Shown: positions 39,171 through 50,461, counted from the first letter of the stretch. The stretch: DNA of 64,000 nucleotides from an uncultured candidate division Zixibacteria bacterium (GCA_963668625.2 CAXXKA010000001.1:288001-352000), one strand, 5' to 3'. Numbers and translations are program-made. The notes: generated by a model not told the origin, from the letters alone.

Positions 39171-40463
39171 ATGATTAAACGCTATACTTTGCCCGAGATG
39201 GGCGCGCTCTGGACTGATGAATCTAAATTTCGTACCTGGCTCGATGTTGAAATCGCGGCATGTGAGGCCTGGGCCGGCCTGGGAAAAATCCCTAAAAAGG
39301 CAGTAGCCGAAATAAAGCGTAAAGCCGAATTCAATGTCGAACGTATATTGGAAATCGAGGAGGAGATACAGCATGATGTTATCGCCTTTCTCACCAATAT
39401 TGCCGAGTATGTCGGCCCTAATGCCAAATATATTCACTATGGCCTGACCTCCTCGGATGTTCTAGATATATCGCAAACAATTATCATCCAGAAAGCCGCG
39501 GTACTTATTCGCAAACGTCTCGTACGGGTTAGCGGCATACTTAAAAAATTAACCAAACGTTATGCCAATACGCTGCATATAGGTCGTACGCACGGCGTTC
39601 ATGCCGAACCAACGACGTTCGGCTTGAAAATGGCGATGTGGTATCGTGAGATTCTTCGCGATTTAAAGCGTTTCGATGAAGCTGTTGCCGGATTGGCTGT
39701 GGGTAAGGTCTCCGGCGCGGTGGGGAATTTCGCTCATATAGATCCACGAGTGGAGAAATATGTCTGTCGTAAGTTCAAGCTCAAACCGGCCACGGTCTCG
39801 ACCCAGATTATCCAACGGGATCGTCACGCGCATTTTCTCAACGTACTGGCCGTCATAGGCGGTACGCTGGAGAAATTCTCTATCGAAATCAGGAGTCTTC
39901 AAAGAACCGAGATAAGCGAAGTAGAGGAGGGATTCGGCAAAAAACAGAAAGGCTCCTCGGCCATGCCGCACAAGAAAAATCCGATCTATTGCGAAAAAGT
40001 CTCCGGCCTGGCTCGCTTACTGAGAGGTAATGCCCTGGCCGGTATGGAAAATCAAGCTCTCTGGCATGAACGCGATATCAGCCACAGCTCGGTGGAACGT
40101 GTTATCATTCCCGACTCATGTATTATCGCCGACTACGATCTGTCGTTGATCGAGAGGATATTAACCGGCATGGTGGTCAATACCAAACGCATGAAAGAAA
40201 ATCTCTGGATGGGCGGAGGCCTGGTGTTTTCGCAGCGGATACTGCTTGCTTTGATATCGAGGATGCCGAGCCGCGAGAAAGCTTATCTTATAGTGCAATC
40301 CCTGGCGATGACCGCTCGCAAAGAAAACAGGAGTTTCAGGGAACTGGTAGAAAATTCGACCGAGGTAGCCGAAATTCTTTCCGAAAAAGAGATTGAGGAT
40401 TGCTTCGATGTTAACTATTTTACTAAAAGAATAAATGGTGTAATTAAAAGGGCTCTTAGCTAA
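39171..40463 (+). CDS. purB: Adenylosuccinate lyase
   Basis: HDVIAF, GRTHGVHAEPTTFG, GSSAMPHKKNP, WHERDISHSSVER. Confidence 0.97.
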   Translation: MIKRYTLPEMGALWTDESKFRTWLDVEIAACEAWAGLGKIPKKAVAEIKRKAEFNVERILEIEEEIQHDVIAFLTNIAEYVGPNAKYIHYGLTSSDVLDISQTIIIQKAAVLIRKRLVRVSGILKKLTKRYANTLHIGRTHGVHAEPTTFGLKMAMWYREILRDLKRFDEAVAGLAVGKVSGAVGNFAHIDPRVEKYVCRKFKLKPATVSTQIIQRDRHAHFLNVLAVIGGTLEKFSIEIRSLQRTEISEVEEGFGKKQKGSSAMPHKKNPIYCEKVSGLARLLRGNALAGMENQALWHERDISHSSVERVIIPDSCIIADYDLSLIERILTGMVVNTKRMKENLWMGGGLVFSQRILLALISRMPSREKAYLIVQSLAMTARKENRSFRELVENSTEVAEILSEKEIEDCFDVNYFTKRINGVIKRALS

Positions 40464-41083
40464 TGGCCAAAGAAGGATTTTACTTTTATTTGCCGTTTGT
40501 CATTTTAACGGCAGTTTTCTTTTTTCTGTTTTATAGGAACTACGACATAAATTACACTTATTGGGCTGTCGCTTTTTTCATGTTTGGCAATTTACTGCTG
40601 CTGTTTTTTCGCGATCCCCAGCGTAAGATACCCGAGGGCGATGATATAGTTGTCGCGCCTGCCGATGGTAAGGTCGTATCGATCGAGGAACATGACGGTT
40701 ATCGTCAGATATCCATATTCCTGTCGATTTTTAATGTCCATGTAAACCGGGTACCGATGGCGGGAAGAGTAAACAGGGTGAAAGTCAAACCCGGCAAATA
40801 TTTGGCCGCATTCAACAAACAGGCCTCGGAGGTCAATCAGCGTACGGAGATCGATTTCGAGACCGATCGTGGTCAGGTCAGGGTTCATCTAATTGCCGGT
40901 ATTCTCGCCAGACGAATCAAATGCAGAGTCTCAGAATCACAAACAGTCAAAAAGGGCGACAGATTGGGGCTAATTATGTTCGGCAGCCGGGTAGATTTAT
41001 TTATACCTTTGGAAGTTAAGGTCGACATTAATATAGGAGATAAGGTCAAAGGCGCTAAGACCATAATAGGGAGATTCGTTTGA
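40463..41083 (+). CDS. psd: Phosphatidylserine decarboxylase
   Basis: FFRDP.R, APADG, FLSIFNVHVNR, FGSRVD. Confidence 0.93.
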   Translation: MAKEGFYFYLPFVILTAVFFFLFYRNYDINYTYWAVAFFMFGNLLLLFFRDPQRKIPEGDDIVVAPADGKVVSIEEHDGYRQISIFLSIFNVHVNRVPMAGRVNRVKVKPGKYLAAFNKQASEVNQRTEIDFETDRGQVRVHLIAGILARRIKCRVSESQTVKKGDRLGLIMFGSRVDLFIPLEVKVDINIGDKVKGAKTIIGRFV

Positions 41084-41811
41084 ACGATTTACGCCAGATA
41101 TTTCCGGGGCTTTTCACGATGGGCAACCTCTTCTGCGGTTTCGCCTCGATTCTATCGAGCGCTCGCGGGGGGAATCCCACCGAGGCCGCCTGGCTGATCA
41201 TTCTCGCCGCGTTTTTCGACTACCTCGACGGCATAGTTGCTCGTTTGTCGAAAGGCGCCTCGCAATTCGGGGTTGAGCTCGATTCTATGGCGGATGTGGT
41301 GTCGTTCGGAGTCGCGCCTGCCGTCATGCTAATATCATTCGAGATGGTCGAGTTCGGTAGATGGGACTGGGTTATCGGTTTCGCATTCGTAATGACCGGA
41401 GTATATCGTCTGGCGCGTTTTAATATTCATGCGGATATCGAGACGAAATCCGATTTTATCGGCTTGCCAATACCGGTTGCCGCCTGCGCGCTGGCCTCAT
41501 TCGTCATATTCAGTCAGCATATATGGGGTGAAATCAGGCTTGATCGAATGCTGGCGGTTATGGTAATTTTAACCTCGGCGTTGATGGTATCACCGATTCG
41601 ATACGAGACCGTTCCGTTATTCGATTTCACCGCCAAGAAGTACAAGATAAAAATACTGCTTTTGATAGTGGCCGTTATTCTGGTTGCATTCAAAACCAGG
41701 TTAATGATGTTTCCGTTGATTGCGCTGTACGTGCTATCGGGCATTTATAGATTGATAGTAACGTTGTTCAGCAAGATCTCCGAGGAGAAAGAAAAGAAAA
41801 ACGAGGTTTAA
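41080..41811 (+). CDS. pssA: CDP-diacylglycerol-serine O-phosphatidyltransferase
   Basis: P.LFT.GNLFCGF, DYLDG.VAR, FG.ELDS.AD.VSFGVAPA, RLARFN, FIGLP. Confidence 0.93.
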   Translation: MNDLRQIFPGLFTMGNLFCGFASILSSARGGNPTEAAWLIILAAFFDYLDGIVARLSKGASQFGVELDSMADVVSFGVAPAVMLISFEMVEFGRWDWVIGFAFVMTGVYRLARFNIHADIETKSDFIGLPIPVAACALASFVIFSQHIWGEIRLDRMLAVMVILTSALMVSPIRYETVPLFDFTAKKYKIKILLLIVAVILVAFKTRLMMFPLIALYVLSGIYRLIVTLFSKISEEKEKKNEV

Positions 41812-42060
41812 ATGCCGCAGTATAAGGTTAGAATAGAGGTAAAATTCAAACCGGGCGTATTGGACCCGCAGGGCGTGACTATCAAAAATGCCCTTCACAA
41901 TCTCGACTATACCGGTGTGGAATCGGTAAGCACCGGCAAAGTATTTAGGGTTACGCTGGAGGCTCAGTCACGAAAACAGGCGATTGCCACGGCCGAGGAG
42001 TTGGCCGATAAGCTATTAGCCAACACGGTTATCGAACAATACTCCGCGGAGATCGAGTAA
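41812..42060 (+). CDS. purS: FGAM synthase subunit PurS
   Basis: [18 protein letters not shown]. Confidence 0.95.
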   Translation: MPQYKVRIEVKFKPGVLDPQGVTIKNALHNLDYTGVESVSTGKVFRVTLEAQSRKQAIATAEELADKLLANTVIEQYSAEIE

Positions 42061-42761
42061 TGAAATTCGGAGTGGTGATTTTCCCCGGTTCCAACTGCGA
42101 TTATGATGCTTATCACGCGATAAAAACCACCGGTATCGGTGAGGTGAAATATCTCTGGCACGGCGAAAGCTCGGTTGGCGACTGCGACGCGATAATTTTG
42201 CCGGGTGGTTTTTCTTACGGTGACTACCTGCGTTCCGGTGCGATTGCCAGGTTCTCGCCGATCATGAAAGCGGTGATTGGTTTTGCGAATAAAGGTGGCT
42301 ATGTAATAGGTATCTGCAATGGATTCCAGATTCTACTCGAGGCCGGTCTTCTGCCGGGAGCCATGCGCAAGAACCTGAATATGCGTTTCGTTTGCAGGGA
42401 TGTTTATCTCAAGCCACTAAACACCAATTCACGGTTTACCCGTTCGTGCTCCGGTGAAAAAATATTAAAAATCCCGATTGCCCATGCTGAAGGTAACTAT
42501 TTTGTCGATAATGATACATTAAGAGAGCTTTATGAAACAAATCGGGTCGTGTTCAAGTATTGTGATAAGAACGGCAATATTTCCGATGAGGCAAATCCCA
42601 ATGGATCGCTTGACAATATAGCCGGTATCCTTAACAAAGAGGGTAACGTGATGGGCATGATGCCGCATCCGGAACGCGCTTGTGAGATAGTTTTAGGCTC
42701 CGAGGATGGCAGATGTATATTCGAATCGTTAGTTGGGAGTATGGTTTATGAAACGACGTGA
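42060..42761 (+). CDS. purQ: FGAM synthase subunit PurQ
   Basis: [39 protein letters not shown]. Confidence 0.96.
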   Translation: MKFGVVIFPGSNCDYDAYHAIKTTGIGEVKYLWHGESSVGDCDAIILPGGFSYGDYLRSGAIARFSPIMKAVIGFANKGGYVIGICNGFQILLEAGLLPGAMRKNLNMRFVCRDVYLKPLNTNSRFTRSCSGEKILKIPIAHAEGNYFVDNDTLRELYETNRVVFKYCDKNGNISDEANPNGSLDNIAGILNKEGNVMGMMPHPERACEIVLGSEDGRCIFESLVGSMVYETT

Positions 42762-43014
42762 GGTGATATTTTTAACGGTAGCACTGATACTTGGGGCAGT
42801 AGTGGGAGGTTTGCTGGGTGAGATGATCGGCTCGTTTTTACCCGAGGGCGCGGTCAAAACCCTGTTTACCCAATCGATAGACATAGGATTTAAAACACTT
42901 ACCGCCGAATTTTACGCATTATCGTTCACGCTTGGCTTGATGGTGAAAATTAATTTCGTTTCGGTATTGCTTATTATATTCGTTATTGTATATTTCAGAT
43001 GGTGGTATATTTAA
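42748..43014 (+). CDS. DUF4321-like small membrane protein
   Basis: [27 protein letters not shown]...IN. Confidence 0.7.
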   Translation: MKRREVIFLTVALILGAVVGGLLGEMIGSFLPEGAVKTLFTQSIDIGFKTLTAEFYALSFTLGLMVKINFVSVLLIIFVIVYFRWWYI

Positions 43015-43023
43015 AGTCAAGAG

Positions 43024-43296
43024 GTGACTATGACAATATTTCCGTTAATATTCGGTTCTCTGGGCGCTCCTGAAATATTATTGATATTCTTACTGGTATT
43101 GATACTATTCGGCGCCAGAAGAATCCCCGAAATAGCCCAGGGGCTGGGTAAGGGAATTCGCGAGTTCAAGAAATCGATGAGCGAGGTGAAAGAGGAAATC
43201 GAACGCCCCGCGCAGGAGATCGAAAAGTCGATTAAAGAAGAACCGAAAGCCGAAGTAAAACCAGAATCAAAACCGGATGAGAACAAGAATGGCTGA
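43024..43296 (+). CDS. tatA: Twin-arginine translocase TatA/TatE
   Basis: LG.PEILLI..LVLILFGARRIPEIAQGLGKGIREFKK. Confidence 0.92.
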   Translation: MTMTIFPLIFGSLGAPEILLIFLLVLILFGARRIPEIAQGLGKGIREFKKSMSEVKEEIERPAQEIEKSIKEEPKAEVKPESKPDENKNG

Positions 43297-43759
43297 CTCT
43301 AACCAGAATGAAGATATTCGCCCGGTCTTTAGCGATGACGATATCAACGCTATTGCCAAAGTGCTGAATAACGCCCATGTCTCCAAACTCCAGGATCACT
43401 GGCGAATCAAGGTGGTTAACGAGGAGGAGAATCGTCATATCGCGATTGATATCTATCCCCGAGCCAGTTTATCCGAGAAGAAAGAGGGCGCCCTGGTAGC
43501 GGTTTATGCCTGCTCGAGCCATTTACAACTTCATGAATGCCAGGGATTCGTGATTTCCGAGGAACTCGGCGAGGTTACATTCATTAGTGATTCCGGCGAC
43601 AAGTTAAGCGGCATCGTGGTCGAACGAGAGGCCGGCTGCTCGCTGTATGCCAACGCTGCCAAAGATCTGCTCTCGGATGATTTTACCAAACTTGGGGTGG
43701 AGGTGATGCTGTCGGGAGTAGCGTTGTCTCTGGCCGAGGGGCTTATCACCGATAGTTGA
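43289..43759 (+). CDS. Hypothetical protein
   Basis: Globular-looking 156-aa ORF overlapping the tatA stop; host-like codon style. Confidence 0.72.
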   Translation: MADSNQNEDIRPVFSDDDINAIAKVLNNAHVSKLQDHWRIKVVNEEENRHIAIDIYPRASLSEKKEGALVAVYACSSHLQLHECQGFVISEELGEVTFISDSGDKLSGIVVEREAGCSLYANAAKDLLSDDFTKLGVEVMLSGVALSLAEGLITDS

Positions 43760-43810
43760 TTCTCACGATACCCAACATCTGATTTAAATTCGATATATAT
43801 ATTATAATTT

Positions 43811-44065
43811 CACCACTGTCCGGCCATTCCATCTCGTTGCGAAGCGCTGCTTCGCAACGTGGCTTGTTTGCCGGCAGAATGCTCATTCTACATGACACAA
43901 GAAGGTTTCCAGGCAGCGCTTGGAAACCAGGGAACTTAGCCTAACATCGACAGAATATATCAGGATGCATGATACGCTGAATATAATAATTATATCGGAA
44001 AACATCTTTCACTAACAATTCCAAGGAGAATTTGAAAATTTACTAAAAAACACCGGACACTAGTG
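43811..44065 (+). mobile_element. MITE-A, complete copy (255 bp)
   Basis: Colinear with 33119-33372; TIRs CACCACTGTCCGG / CCGGACACTAGTG; no target duplication visible. Confidence 0.88.
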
Positions 44066-44244
44066 ATCTCATCATTTTATTAATGATACGCTAAGATTAT
44101 TCTTGACGAGTTAGTCTGATTATATAATTTATCAAATGAGAGACGATTATAATATGCGATCTCAAATGATTCGCTTATTATCAATCCATTTTTAGTTGTT
44201 GAGCTTTAGCAATACCGCAATTTAATTTAATCAAGGATTGTAAC

Positions 44245-45345
44245 GTGAGCCTGACCGATCCCCATACCTCCACGAACCGGGAGGACTATAGCGAACTTGC
44301 AAGCGATGAGCTTCGCCGCCGAATAGAATCCCGCAAGCAAGAGCTGGGCGATAAGCTTATCATACTGACCCATCACTATCAGCGTAAAGAGATTATCGAT
44401 TTTCACGATCTGTTGGGCGATTCATTCGCGTTGGCAAAACTTGCCGCAAAACAGAGTAACGCCGGTCATGTGGTGTTCTGTGGGGTCAGATTCATGGCCG
44501 AGGCCGCCGATATTCTCACCTCCGATGATCAGGCGGTTTACCTGTCTCATCCGGGGGCAGGCTGCCCGATGGCTGATATGGCGCCAGACAATCAGGTTTT
44601 CACGGCCTGGAGATTTATCGAATCGGTGCTGGGTGAAAACGAGGTAATACCCCTGGTCTATATGAACTCTACCTCGGAGATGAAGGCATTTTGCGGAGAG
44701 CGTAATGGCCTGGTTTGTACCTCGGCCAATGCCGATCTGGCTTTCGAGCATTGCTTCAAGCAGGGCAGGAAACTGTTTTTCTTCCCGGATCAGCATCTGG
44801 GGAAAAACACCGCCAATAAACTTGATATCCCGGAAGAGCAGGTCGTCATCTACGATCCATATAAAATAAACGGTGGATTGACCCAGAAACAGGTTATAGA
44901 GGCCAGGGTGATACTCTGGTGTGGTAACTGCCCGGTACATGTCACGTTCACGCCTGAATATATCACTAAACTTCGCCTGGATCATCCCGGTATAAAAATC
45001 GTGGTACATCCCGAATGCCCTGAGGAGGTAGTGGCGCTGGCCGATTCCGTGGGCTCGACTTCGCATGTGGTCAAATATGTCGATTCGGCGCCGGCGGGTT
45101 CGCTAATCGCTATCGGCACCGAGTTGACCATGGTCAACAGGCTAAACGAGGCTTATCCAGATAAGGAGATATTCGGTATTACCGGACATGAATGTACGGT
45201 TTGCGCGGATATGAATAAAACAACTCTGGCGGATTTATGTTTCACCCTGGAGAATTTCGATTCGGCCGAACGCGTTCGAGTTTCTGGGGATATTGCCCAT
45301 AACGCAAAACTGGCGCTAGATAGAATGCTTGAGATAGGTAGCTAA
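44245..45345 (+). CDS. nadA: Quinolinate synthase
   Basis: HHYQR, GDSFALA, FCGVRFMAE, AGCPMADM, YMNST, CTSANA, FPDQHLG, CPVH, HPEC, GST. Confidence 0.95.
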   Translation: MSLTDPHTSTNREDYSELASDELRRRIESRKQELGDKLIILTHHYQRKEIIDFHDLLGDSFALAKLAAKQSNAGHVVFCGVRFMAEAADILTSDDQAVYLSHPGAGCPMADMAPDNQVFTAWRFIESVLGENEVIPLVYMNSTSEMKAFCGERNGLVCTSANADLAFEHCFKQGRKLFFFPDQHLGKNTANKLDIPEEQVVIYDPYKINGGLTQKQVIEARVILWCGNCPVHVTFTPEYITKLRLDHPGIKIVVHPECPEEVVALADSVGSTSHVVKYVDSAPAGSLIAIGTELTMVNRLNEAYPDKEIFGITGHECTVCADMNKTTLADLCFTLENFDSAERVRVSGDIAHNAKLALDRMLEIGS

Positions 45346-45381
45346 CAAGATTCACCGTCTCATATAGCTTATAAATACATT

Positions 45382-45525
45382 CACTACTGTCCGGCCTTTC
45401 CAGCTCGTTGCGAAGCGCTGCTTCGCAACGTGGATTGTTTACTTGCAGAATGCGCATTATACATGGCTCAAGAAGGTTTCCAAGCAGCGTTTGGAAAACC
45501 ACGGAACTAAGCCTGACATCGGCGA
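45382..45525 (+). repeat. MITE-A left part (truncated)
   Basis: CACTACTGTCCGGCCTTTCC...GAACTAAGCCTGACATCG, then diverges. Confidence 0.85.
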
Positions 45526-45604
45526 GATATGTCTGGATGGAAGCGCAGCGACATCAGAAATCTTCATCCTACTTAGCTTATAGCGGTTTAATCTTTTCCA
45601 CGTG

Positions 45605-45639
45605 TGTCATCGCGAGGAGCCGAAGGCGATGCGGCAATC
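45605..45639 (+). repeat. GTCAT-type short palindromic repeat
   Basis: TGTCATCGCGAGGAGCCGAAGGCGATGCGGCAATC. Confidence 0.45.
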
Positions 45640-45735
45640 AGTATGTTTATGGTACAGCCTCCGGTGATCATCCTTTTCAGGGATTTACGGATTTGATGCA
45701 GGAATAAAAACAGGCGATTTCAATACCTTATTTCA

Positions 45736-46152
45736 TTACAAACCGCAGCCGCAATTATTACACGGATCTATCTTTTTAACATCCAGATTAAGCTTAACAT
45801 CCGCCTCGAGTTCGATACCATTCGGGGTGTGATTGATCGAGTATATTCTCACCGGATTTCGAGTTTTATTTGACATCTCACCATACAACATCAAAAAACA
45901 AGTTTGCATTATAGTAAGATGTTTAATTGCCAGGAAACCCTCGGTAGAATTCTCAGGATTGAGCATATCCAGAAGCTTAGATTGTTCCAGATCGATAATC
46001 TGTCTTGCCGAAAATCCTTTTAGCTGATCCAACAGCATGCTTTTCTGGCCGATATTACCGCCGCAAGCACGTTTCGAGAAAGTATAATCCAGAAGTTTAT
46101 CATTGCCGTCTAGTTCGAGCCGTATAGTCTCGCTGATATCACCGCATGGCAT
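45736..46152 (-). CDS. Cys-containing protein with IscU/NifU-N-like pattern
   Basis: MPCGD...LLDYTF...ACGG...LKG; C-terminal CNNCGC; starts 3 bp after the upstream stop. Confidence 0.55.
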   Translation of the reverse strand: MPCGDISETIRLELDGNDKLLDYTFSKRACGGNIGQKSMLLDQLKGFSARQIIDLEQSKLLDMLNPENSTEGFLAIKHLTIMQTCFLMLYGEMSNKTRNPVRIYSINHTPNGIELEADVKLNLDVKKIDPCNNCGCGL

Positions 46153-46155
46153 GCG

Positions 46156-47283
46156 TTAAACTCCATCCACCAGTATGGCGCGTTTTTTAAGTTCCTCTAT
46201 GAATTTTCCAGCCGGAACACATTTCTCCTGCGGCATCACACCGGATTTGCCGATAACGCCCCGTGCCTGCATCTGGGATACTATTGCCGCGGGAAAGCCC
46301 GTAGTTCTCATCATGGCGGTGAGCGGGGGATTTTTTATTGCCTTGTCGATGATCGTAAGGGAATGGCTTTTACCTCCGCCCTCGAAAACGATACGCACCA
46401 GGGTGACATCATTTTCGCATAGCGGAATAGTTCTCTCTATCAATGTTGAGGCCAGTGTGCGCGGCTTGATGCTGCCATCGGGAGTATCTACCGTCTCGGA
46501 TGAAAAATATCCCAACTCGTACATCGCCCGGATAGCGGTAGCGTGGCCGGGATAGCGAATAGTTTTATAGTCTAGATTCTTCAGCGTGCCTTTGTATGTT
46601 TCCACCATCGTGGAAAGCCCGCCCGAGGTGGTAAACGCCTCTAATTTGCCGTACGGCTCGGGAAATTCCAGCTCCTCGATCTCCGAAAGCGGTTCAATCT
46701 CTTTTAATTCGCCGTCACGAAGCACGCGTACCGGTTCGATATACTCGTTGATCAATCCCTCGGTAGAGAACAGCCTGCCGTATTTCAATACGCCTTCAGG
46801 GTTTTGGGGAAGCCCTCCCACGCGCGCTTTGACAGTATCCACCCAGTCGAATTTCTCCAGCCCCCATTTGATCAACACGGCTATCATTCCCGGGGCCAGG
46901 CCGCAGTCGGGGATAATCGAGATGCCGGCTTTCTCGGCCTCGGCGTTTAGTTTCATTTGCTCATCGACTATGTCGTTGTTGCCACCTAAATCACACATAT
47001 GTGTTTTGGATGATATCGCCAGCTTGCTGAAATTGACATTGAAGCCGTAATGAATGGCCGCTACTGCGGCATCCACTTTCTTGAGAATGAACTCTACCTG
47101 GTCAGAATTGGTGGCATCGATAAGCTCGGTTAAAAGTTTGGGGTTATCTATCAGCCATGAGGCCTCCGATAACTTGTTCTGGCTGTTATCGGTTAGAATA
47201 ACCTCGGTCGTGTCATCCTGATTCAATATATCCCAGGCAATTGCTTTGCCCATTAAACCGGCGCCAAGCACTGCATATTTCAT
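46156..47283 (-). CDS. Saccharopine dehydrogenase-like oxidoreductase (lysine 6-dehydrogenase type)
   Basis: VLGAGLMG, CDLGGN, PDCGLAPG, VGGLPQ, GLINEY, EAFTTSGG, YKTIRYPGH, AMMRTTGFP. Confidence 0.88.
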   Translation of the reverse strand: MKYAVLGAGLMGKAIAWDILNQDDTTEVILTDNSQNKLSEASWLIDNPKLLTELIDATNSDQVEFILKKVDAAVAAIHYGFNVNFSKLAISSKTHMCDLGGNNDIVDEQMKLNAEAEKAGISIIPDCGLAPGMIAVLIKWGLEKFDWVDTVKARVGGLPQNPEGVLKYGRLFSTEGLINEYIEPVRVLRDGELKEIEPLSEIEELEFPEPYGKLEAFTTSGGLSTMVETYKGTLKNLDYKTIRYPGHATAIRAMYELGYFSSETVDTPDGSIKPRTLASTLIERTIPLCENDVTLVRIVFEGGGKSHSLTIIDKAIKNPPLTAMMRTTGFPAAIVSQMQARGVIGKSGVMPQEKCVPAGKFIEELKKRAILVDGV

Positions 47284-47577
47284 AAGTCACCTCCAATTTG
47301 TAAGACAATGTATAACGGATGACTCCTTTAATCCAAATTAAAAATCAATTTTGTGAAGAAAATTGACTTTTACATATGATGTCTAAACCGGATATCTGGA
47401 TGGAATGTTCGCGGAATATTGTCATTGTTGATAAAATCGTAACATCGGTATCTTGCTGATACTACATTGCAAAGGTATTCAAACAATATGGTTTTTTCCC
47501 AGGTTTCTGCCACCCAAGCAAGATTTCCGCGATATGATGAGTATTATGCCATGATTTATTTTTATCTGGTTTCCATG

Positions 47578-47647
47578 CGCCGGGAAAGGATGAACAGAGG
47601 ATTTCGTCAGCCCAGCGATGCGTGTAAACAGCTTTTTCAACAAATCC
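47578..47647 (+). repeat. MITE-B partial copy
   Basis: CGCCGGGAAAGGATGAACAGAGGATTTCGTCAGCCCAGCGA...TTTTTCAACAAATCC. Confidence 0.8.
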
Positions 47648-47689
47648 AGCGTTTCGCAACGCTCGTTTTTATTGTATTTCCCAAAAAGC

Positions 47690-47715
47690 AGGGGCGCTCG
47701 ATCGAACGCCCCTAC
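47690..47715 (-). repeat. GTAG-family REP downstream of acnA
   Basis: Reverse complement GTAGGGGCGTTCGATCGAGCGCCCCT. Confidence 0.78.
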
Positions 47716-47743
47716 GTAAAACATCAACTATTTGTATTAATCT

Positions 47744-50461
47744 CTATTTCTCTTTCAGGAAATTCTTCAGCACACGATGCAAAATGCCGCCGTTGCGATA
47801 AATATCCACCTCAACCGGTGTATCTATTCTGCAAATAGCATCGAATGTGCCCTCGGTGCCGTCCTCGCGAACATAATCGACCTGAATCGCCTGACCTGGT
47901 TTGACTTTATCGTCCACCTTAATCGAGAACGATTCGTTGCCGGTCAGCTTCAGCGCGGCCACGCTGTCGCCATCATTAAACTGAAGAGGTAACACACCCA
48001 TGAACACCAGATTCGATCTGTGTATGCGCTCGAACGATTCGGCGATTACCGCTTTTATCCCCAGGAGGTATGTGCCTTTAGCCGCCCAGTCACGGCTCGA
48101 ACCCATACCATAATCCTTGCCGCCCAGCACGATTGTAGGGATTTTTGCCTCTTTATAAAGCAGTGAGGCATCGTACACCGACATCACTTTGCCCGATGGT
48201 ATATGCGTTGTCCAGCCGCCCTCGGTACCGGGAGCCAGTTGGTTTTTCAAGCGGATATTAGCGAACGTACCTCGGGTCATCACCCGGTCGTTGCCGCGAC
48301 GGCTGCCGTAGGAGTTGAAATTCTTCGGTTCGACACCCAGCTCTATCAGGTATTTCCCAGCGGGAGAATCATGGCCGATAACACCGGCGGGGCTGATATG
48401 ATCGGTGGTAATAGTATCGCCTACTTTAAGAAGCACTTTGGCGTGATTGATAGGTGTAATCGGTTCGGTTTCCGTGCTCATATCCACGAAAAACGGCGGC
48501 TCCTGAATATAGGAGCTGTCCTCTTTCCAATCATACACCGCACCGCCCGATATCGGGATATCATTCCAGGTCTTATTCGATTGCTCGATACCATCATACG
48601 CGCGATGGAACGTCTCAGGATTTAACGCCTTGTCCATGTGCTCGGCTATCTCCGCCTGAGTCGGCCAGATATCTTTCAAGAACACATCGCCACCGCTCGA
48701 ATCCTTGCCGATAGGCTCGCTGTCAAAATCGATATCGACAGTACCGGCAATGGCGTATGCCACAACCAACGGGGGAGAGGTGAGATAGTTTGCTTTAGTA
48801 TGAGGGCTGACTCGTCCCTCGAAATTTCGGTTACCCGAAAGCACACCGGCGACAACCAGCTTGCCGGTGTTTATCGCCTCGACTACCGGTTCGGGCAGCG
48901 GCCCGCTATTGCCGATACAACTGGTACAGCCATAACCCACCAGGTAAAATCCGAGTTTCTCCAGCGAGGGGGTAAGCCCGGCATTTTTCAGGTAATCGGT
49001 TACGACTTTCGAGCCCGGCGCCAGACTGGTTTTGACGTATGGATCGACTGACAGGCCTTTTTCAGCAGCTTTCTTGGCAACGATACCCGCCGCTAAAAGC
49101 ACCGAGGGATTCGAGGTGTTAGTGCAGCTCGTTATCGCGGCTATCACCACGGAACCGTGTTCGAGCACGGCTTTCTTGCCCTCGAAACTGAATTCGGCTT
49201 TAGAACCCAGTTCATCATCTTTTAAAGCGTAGCCGAACTCCTGCGGTGGCGCCTGGAGAGATTTATGCCAGGTAGCTTTCATATCGCTTAACTCGATCCT
49301 GTCCTGTGGTCGTTTCGGTCCGGCTAAAGCGGGTTTGACATCAGCTAAATTCAAATTGAGTGTATCTTTAAAATCAGGATCGGGCGTATTCTCGGTTCTG
49401 AATAAACCCTGCTTTTTCAAATAGGTCTCGACTGTCCGGACATGTTCCTCGGAGCGGCCGGTCTTCCTCAGATATTCGAGCGTTCTATCATCAACCGGGA
49501 AGAATCCCATGGTCGCGCCGTATTCGGGGCCCATGTTGGCTACCGTGGCTCTATCGGCCAGTGTCAGGTTGGCTAAGCCCGGGCCGTAAAATTCTACGAA
49601 CTTGCCGACCACGCCTTTTTTGCGCAGCATCTGGGTGACCATCAGCACCAGGTCAGTCGCGGTCGCGCCCTCGGGCAACTCGCCCTCGAGCTTGAAACCG
49701 ATTACCTCCGGCATGAGCATATATGTCGGCTGATCGAGCATTACCGCCTCCGCCTCGATACCTCCGACGCCCCAACCGAGCACACCCAGTCCGTTGACCA
49801 TGGTAGTGTGCGAATCGGTACCAACGAGCGTATCGGGGAACAGGTAATTATCGTTGCCGACTTTCCATGGCATAACCACATGCGCCAGGTATTCCAGGTT
49901 CACCTGATGGCAAATACCGCTGGCCGGCGGGACAACCCGGAAATTCTCGAATGCCTGTTGACCCCAGCGCAAAAACTCGTAACGTTCGCGGTTGCGCTCG
50001 AACTCGATCCGGCTGTTCTCCTCGAGTGCGTTGGCGGCATTGTAAACATCTACCTGCACGCTGTGATCGATTACCAGGTCGACAGGTATGCGCGGATTAA
50101 TTTTCTGCGGATCGCCGCCCAGCCTGTGCATCGAACTCCTGAGCGCGGCTAAATCAACTACCGCCGGTACTCCGGTAAAATCCTGCAAAAGCACGCGCGC
50201 TGGCTTGAACGGTATCTCGGCTCTACCGGGATTTTTAGGGTCGTACTTGGCCAGCTTTAAAACATCAGCTTTAGTAATCGAAAAACCGTTCTCGTTACGC
50301 AAGAGATTTTCCAATAGTACCTTGATGGAAAAGGGGAATTTCGAAATGTCAGTTATGTTTTCATCAACCAGTTTTTGAAGGCTGAAATAGTACGCTTTAC
50401 CAGTAGCGGTTTCCAACTCGGTTTTTGCCCCGAATGAGTCTTTATATATTGAATCGACCAT
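47744..50461 (-). CDS. acnA: Aconitate hydratase A
   Basis: [73 protein letters not shown]. Confidence 0.98.
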   Translation of the reverse strand: MVDSIYKDSFGAKTELETATGKAYYFSLQKLVDENITDISKFPFSIKVLLENLLRNENGFSITKADVLKLAKYDPKNPGRAEIPFKPARVLLQDFTGVPAVVDLAALRSSMHRLGGDPQKINPRIPVDLVIDHSVQVDVYNAANALEENSRIEFERNRERYEFLRWGQQAFENFRVVPPASGICHQVNLEYLAHVVMPWKVGNDNYLFPDTLVGTDSHTTMVNGLGVLGWGVGGIEAEAVMLDQPTYMLMPEVIGFKLEGELPEGATATDLVLMVTQMLRKKGVVGKFVEFYGPGLANLTLADRATVANMGPEYGATMGFFPVDDRTLEYLRKTGRSEEHVRTVETYLKKQGLFRTENTPDPDFKDTLNLNLADVKPALAGPKRPQDRIELSDMKATWHKSLQAPPQEFGYALKDDELGSKAEFSFEGKKAVLEHGSVVIAAITSCTNTSNPSVLLAAGIVAKKAAEKGLSVDPYVKTSLAPGSKVVTDYLKNAGLTPSLEKLGFYLVGYGCTSCIGNSGPLPEPVVEAINTGKLVVAGVLSGNRNFEGRVSPHTKANYLTSPPLVVAYAIAGTVDIDFDSEPIGKDSSGGDVFLKDIWPTQAEIAEHMDKALNPETFHRAYDGIEQSNKTWNDIPISGGAVYDWKEDSSYIQEPPFFVDMSTETEPITPINHAKVLLKVGDTITTDHISPAGVIGHDSPAGKYLIELGVEPKNFNSYGSRRGNDRVMTRGTFANIRLKNQLAPGTEGGWTTHIPSGKVMSVYDASLLYKEAKIPTIVLGGKDYGMGSSRDWAAKGTYLLGIKAVIAESFERIHRSNLVFMGVLPLQFNDGDSVAALKLTGNESFSIKVDDKVKPGQAIQVDYVREDGTEGTFDAICRIDTPVEVDIYRNGGILHRVLKNFLKEK

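Noticed and set aside
45408-45707. ORFs over repeats (also 22226-22447, 33412-33639, 47462-47838)
   Set aside because: They translate MITE/REP sequence; frames are not kept between copies and there is no RBS.
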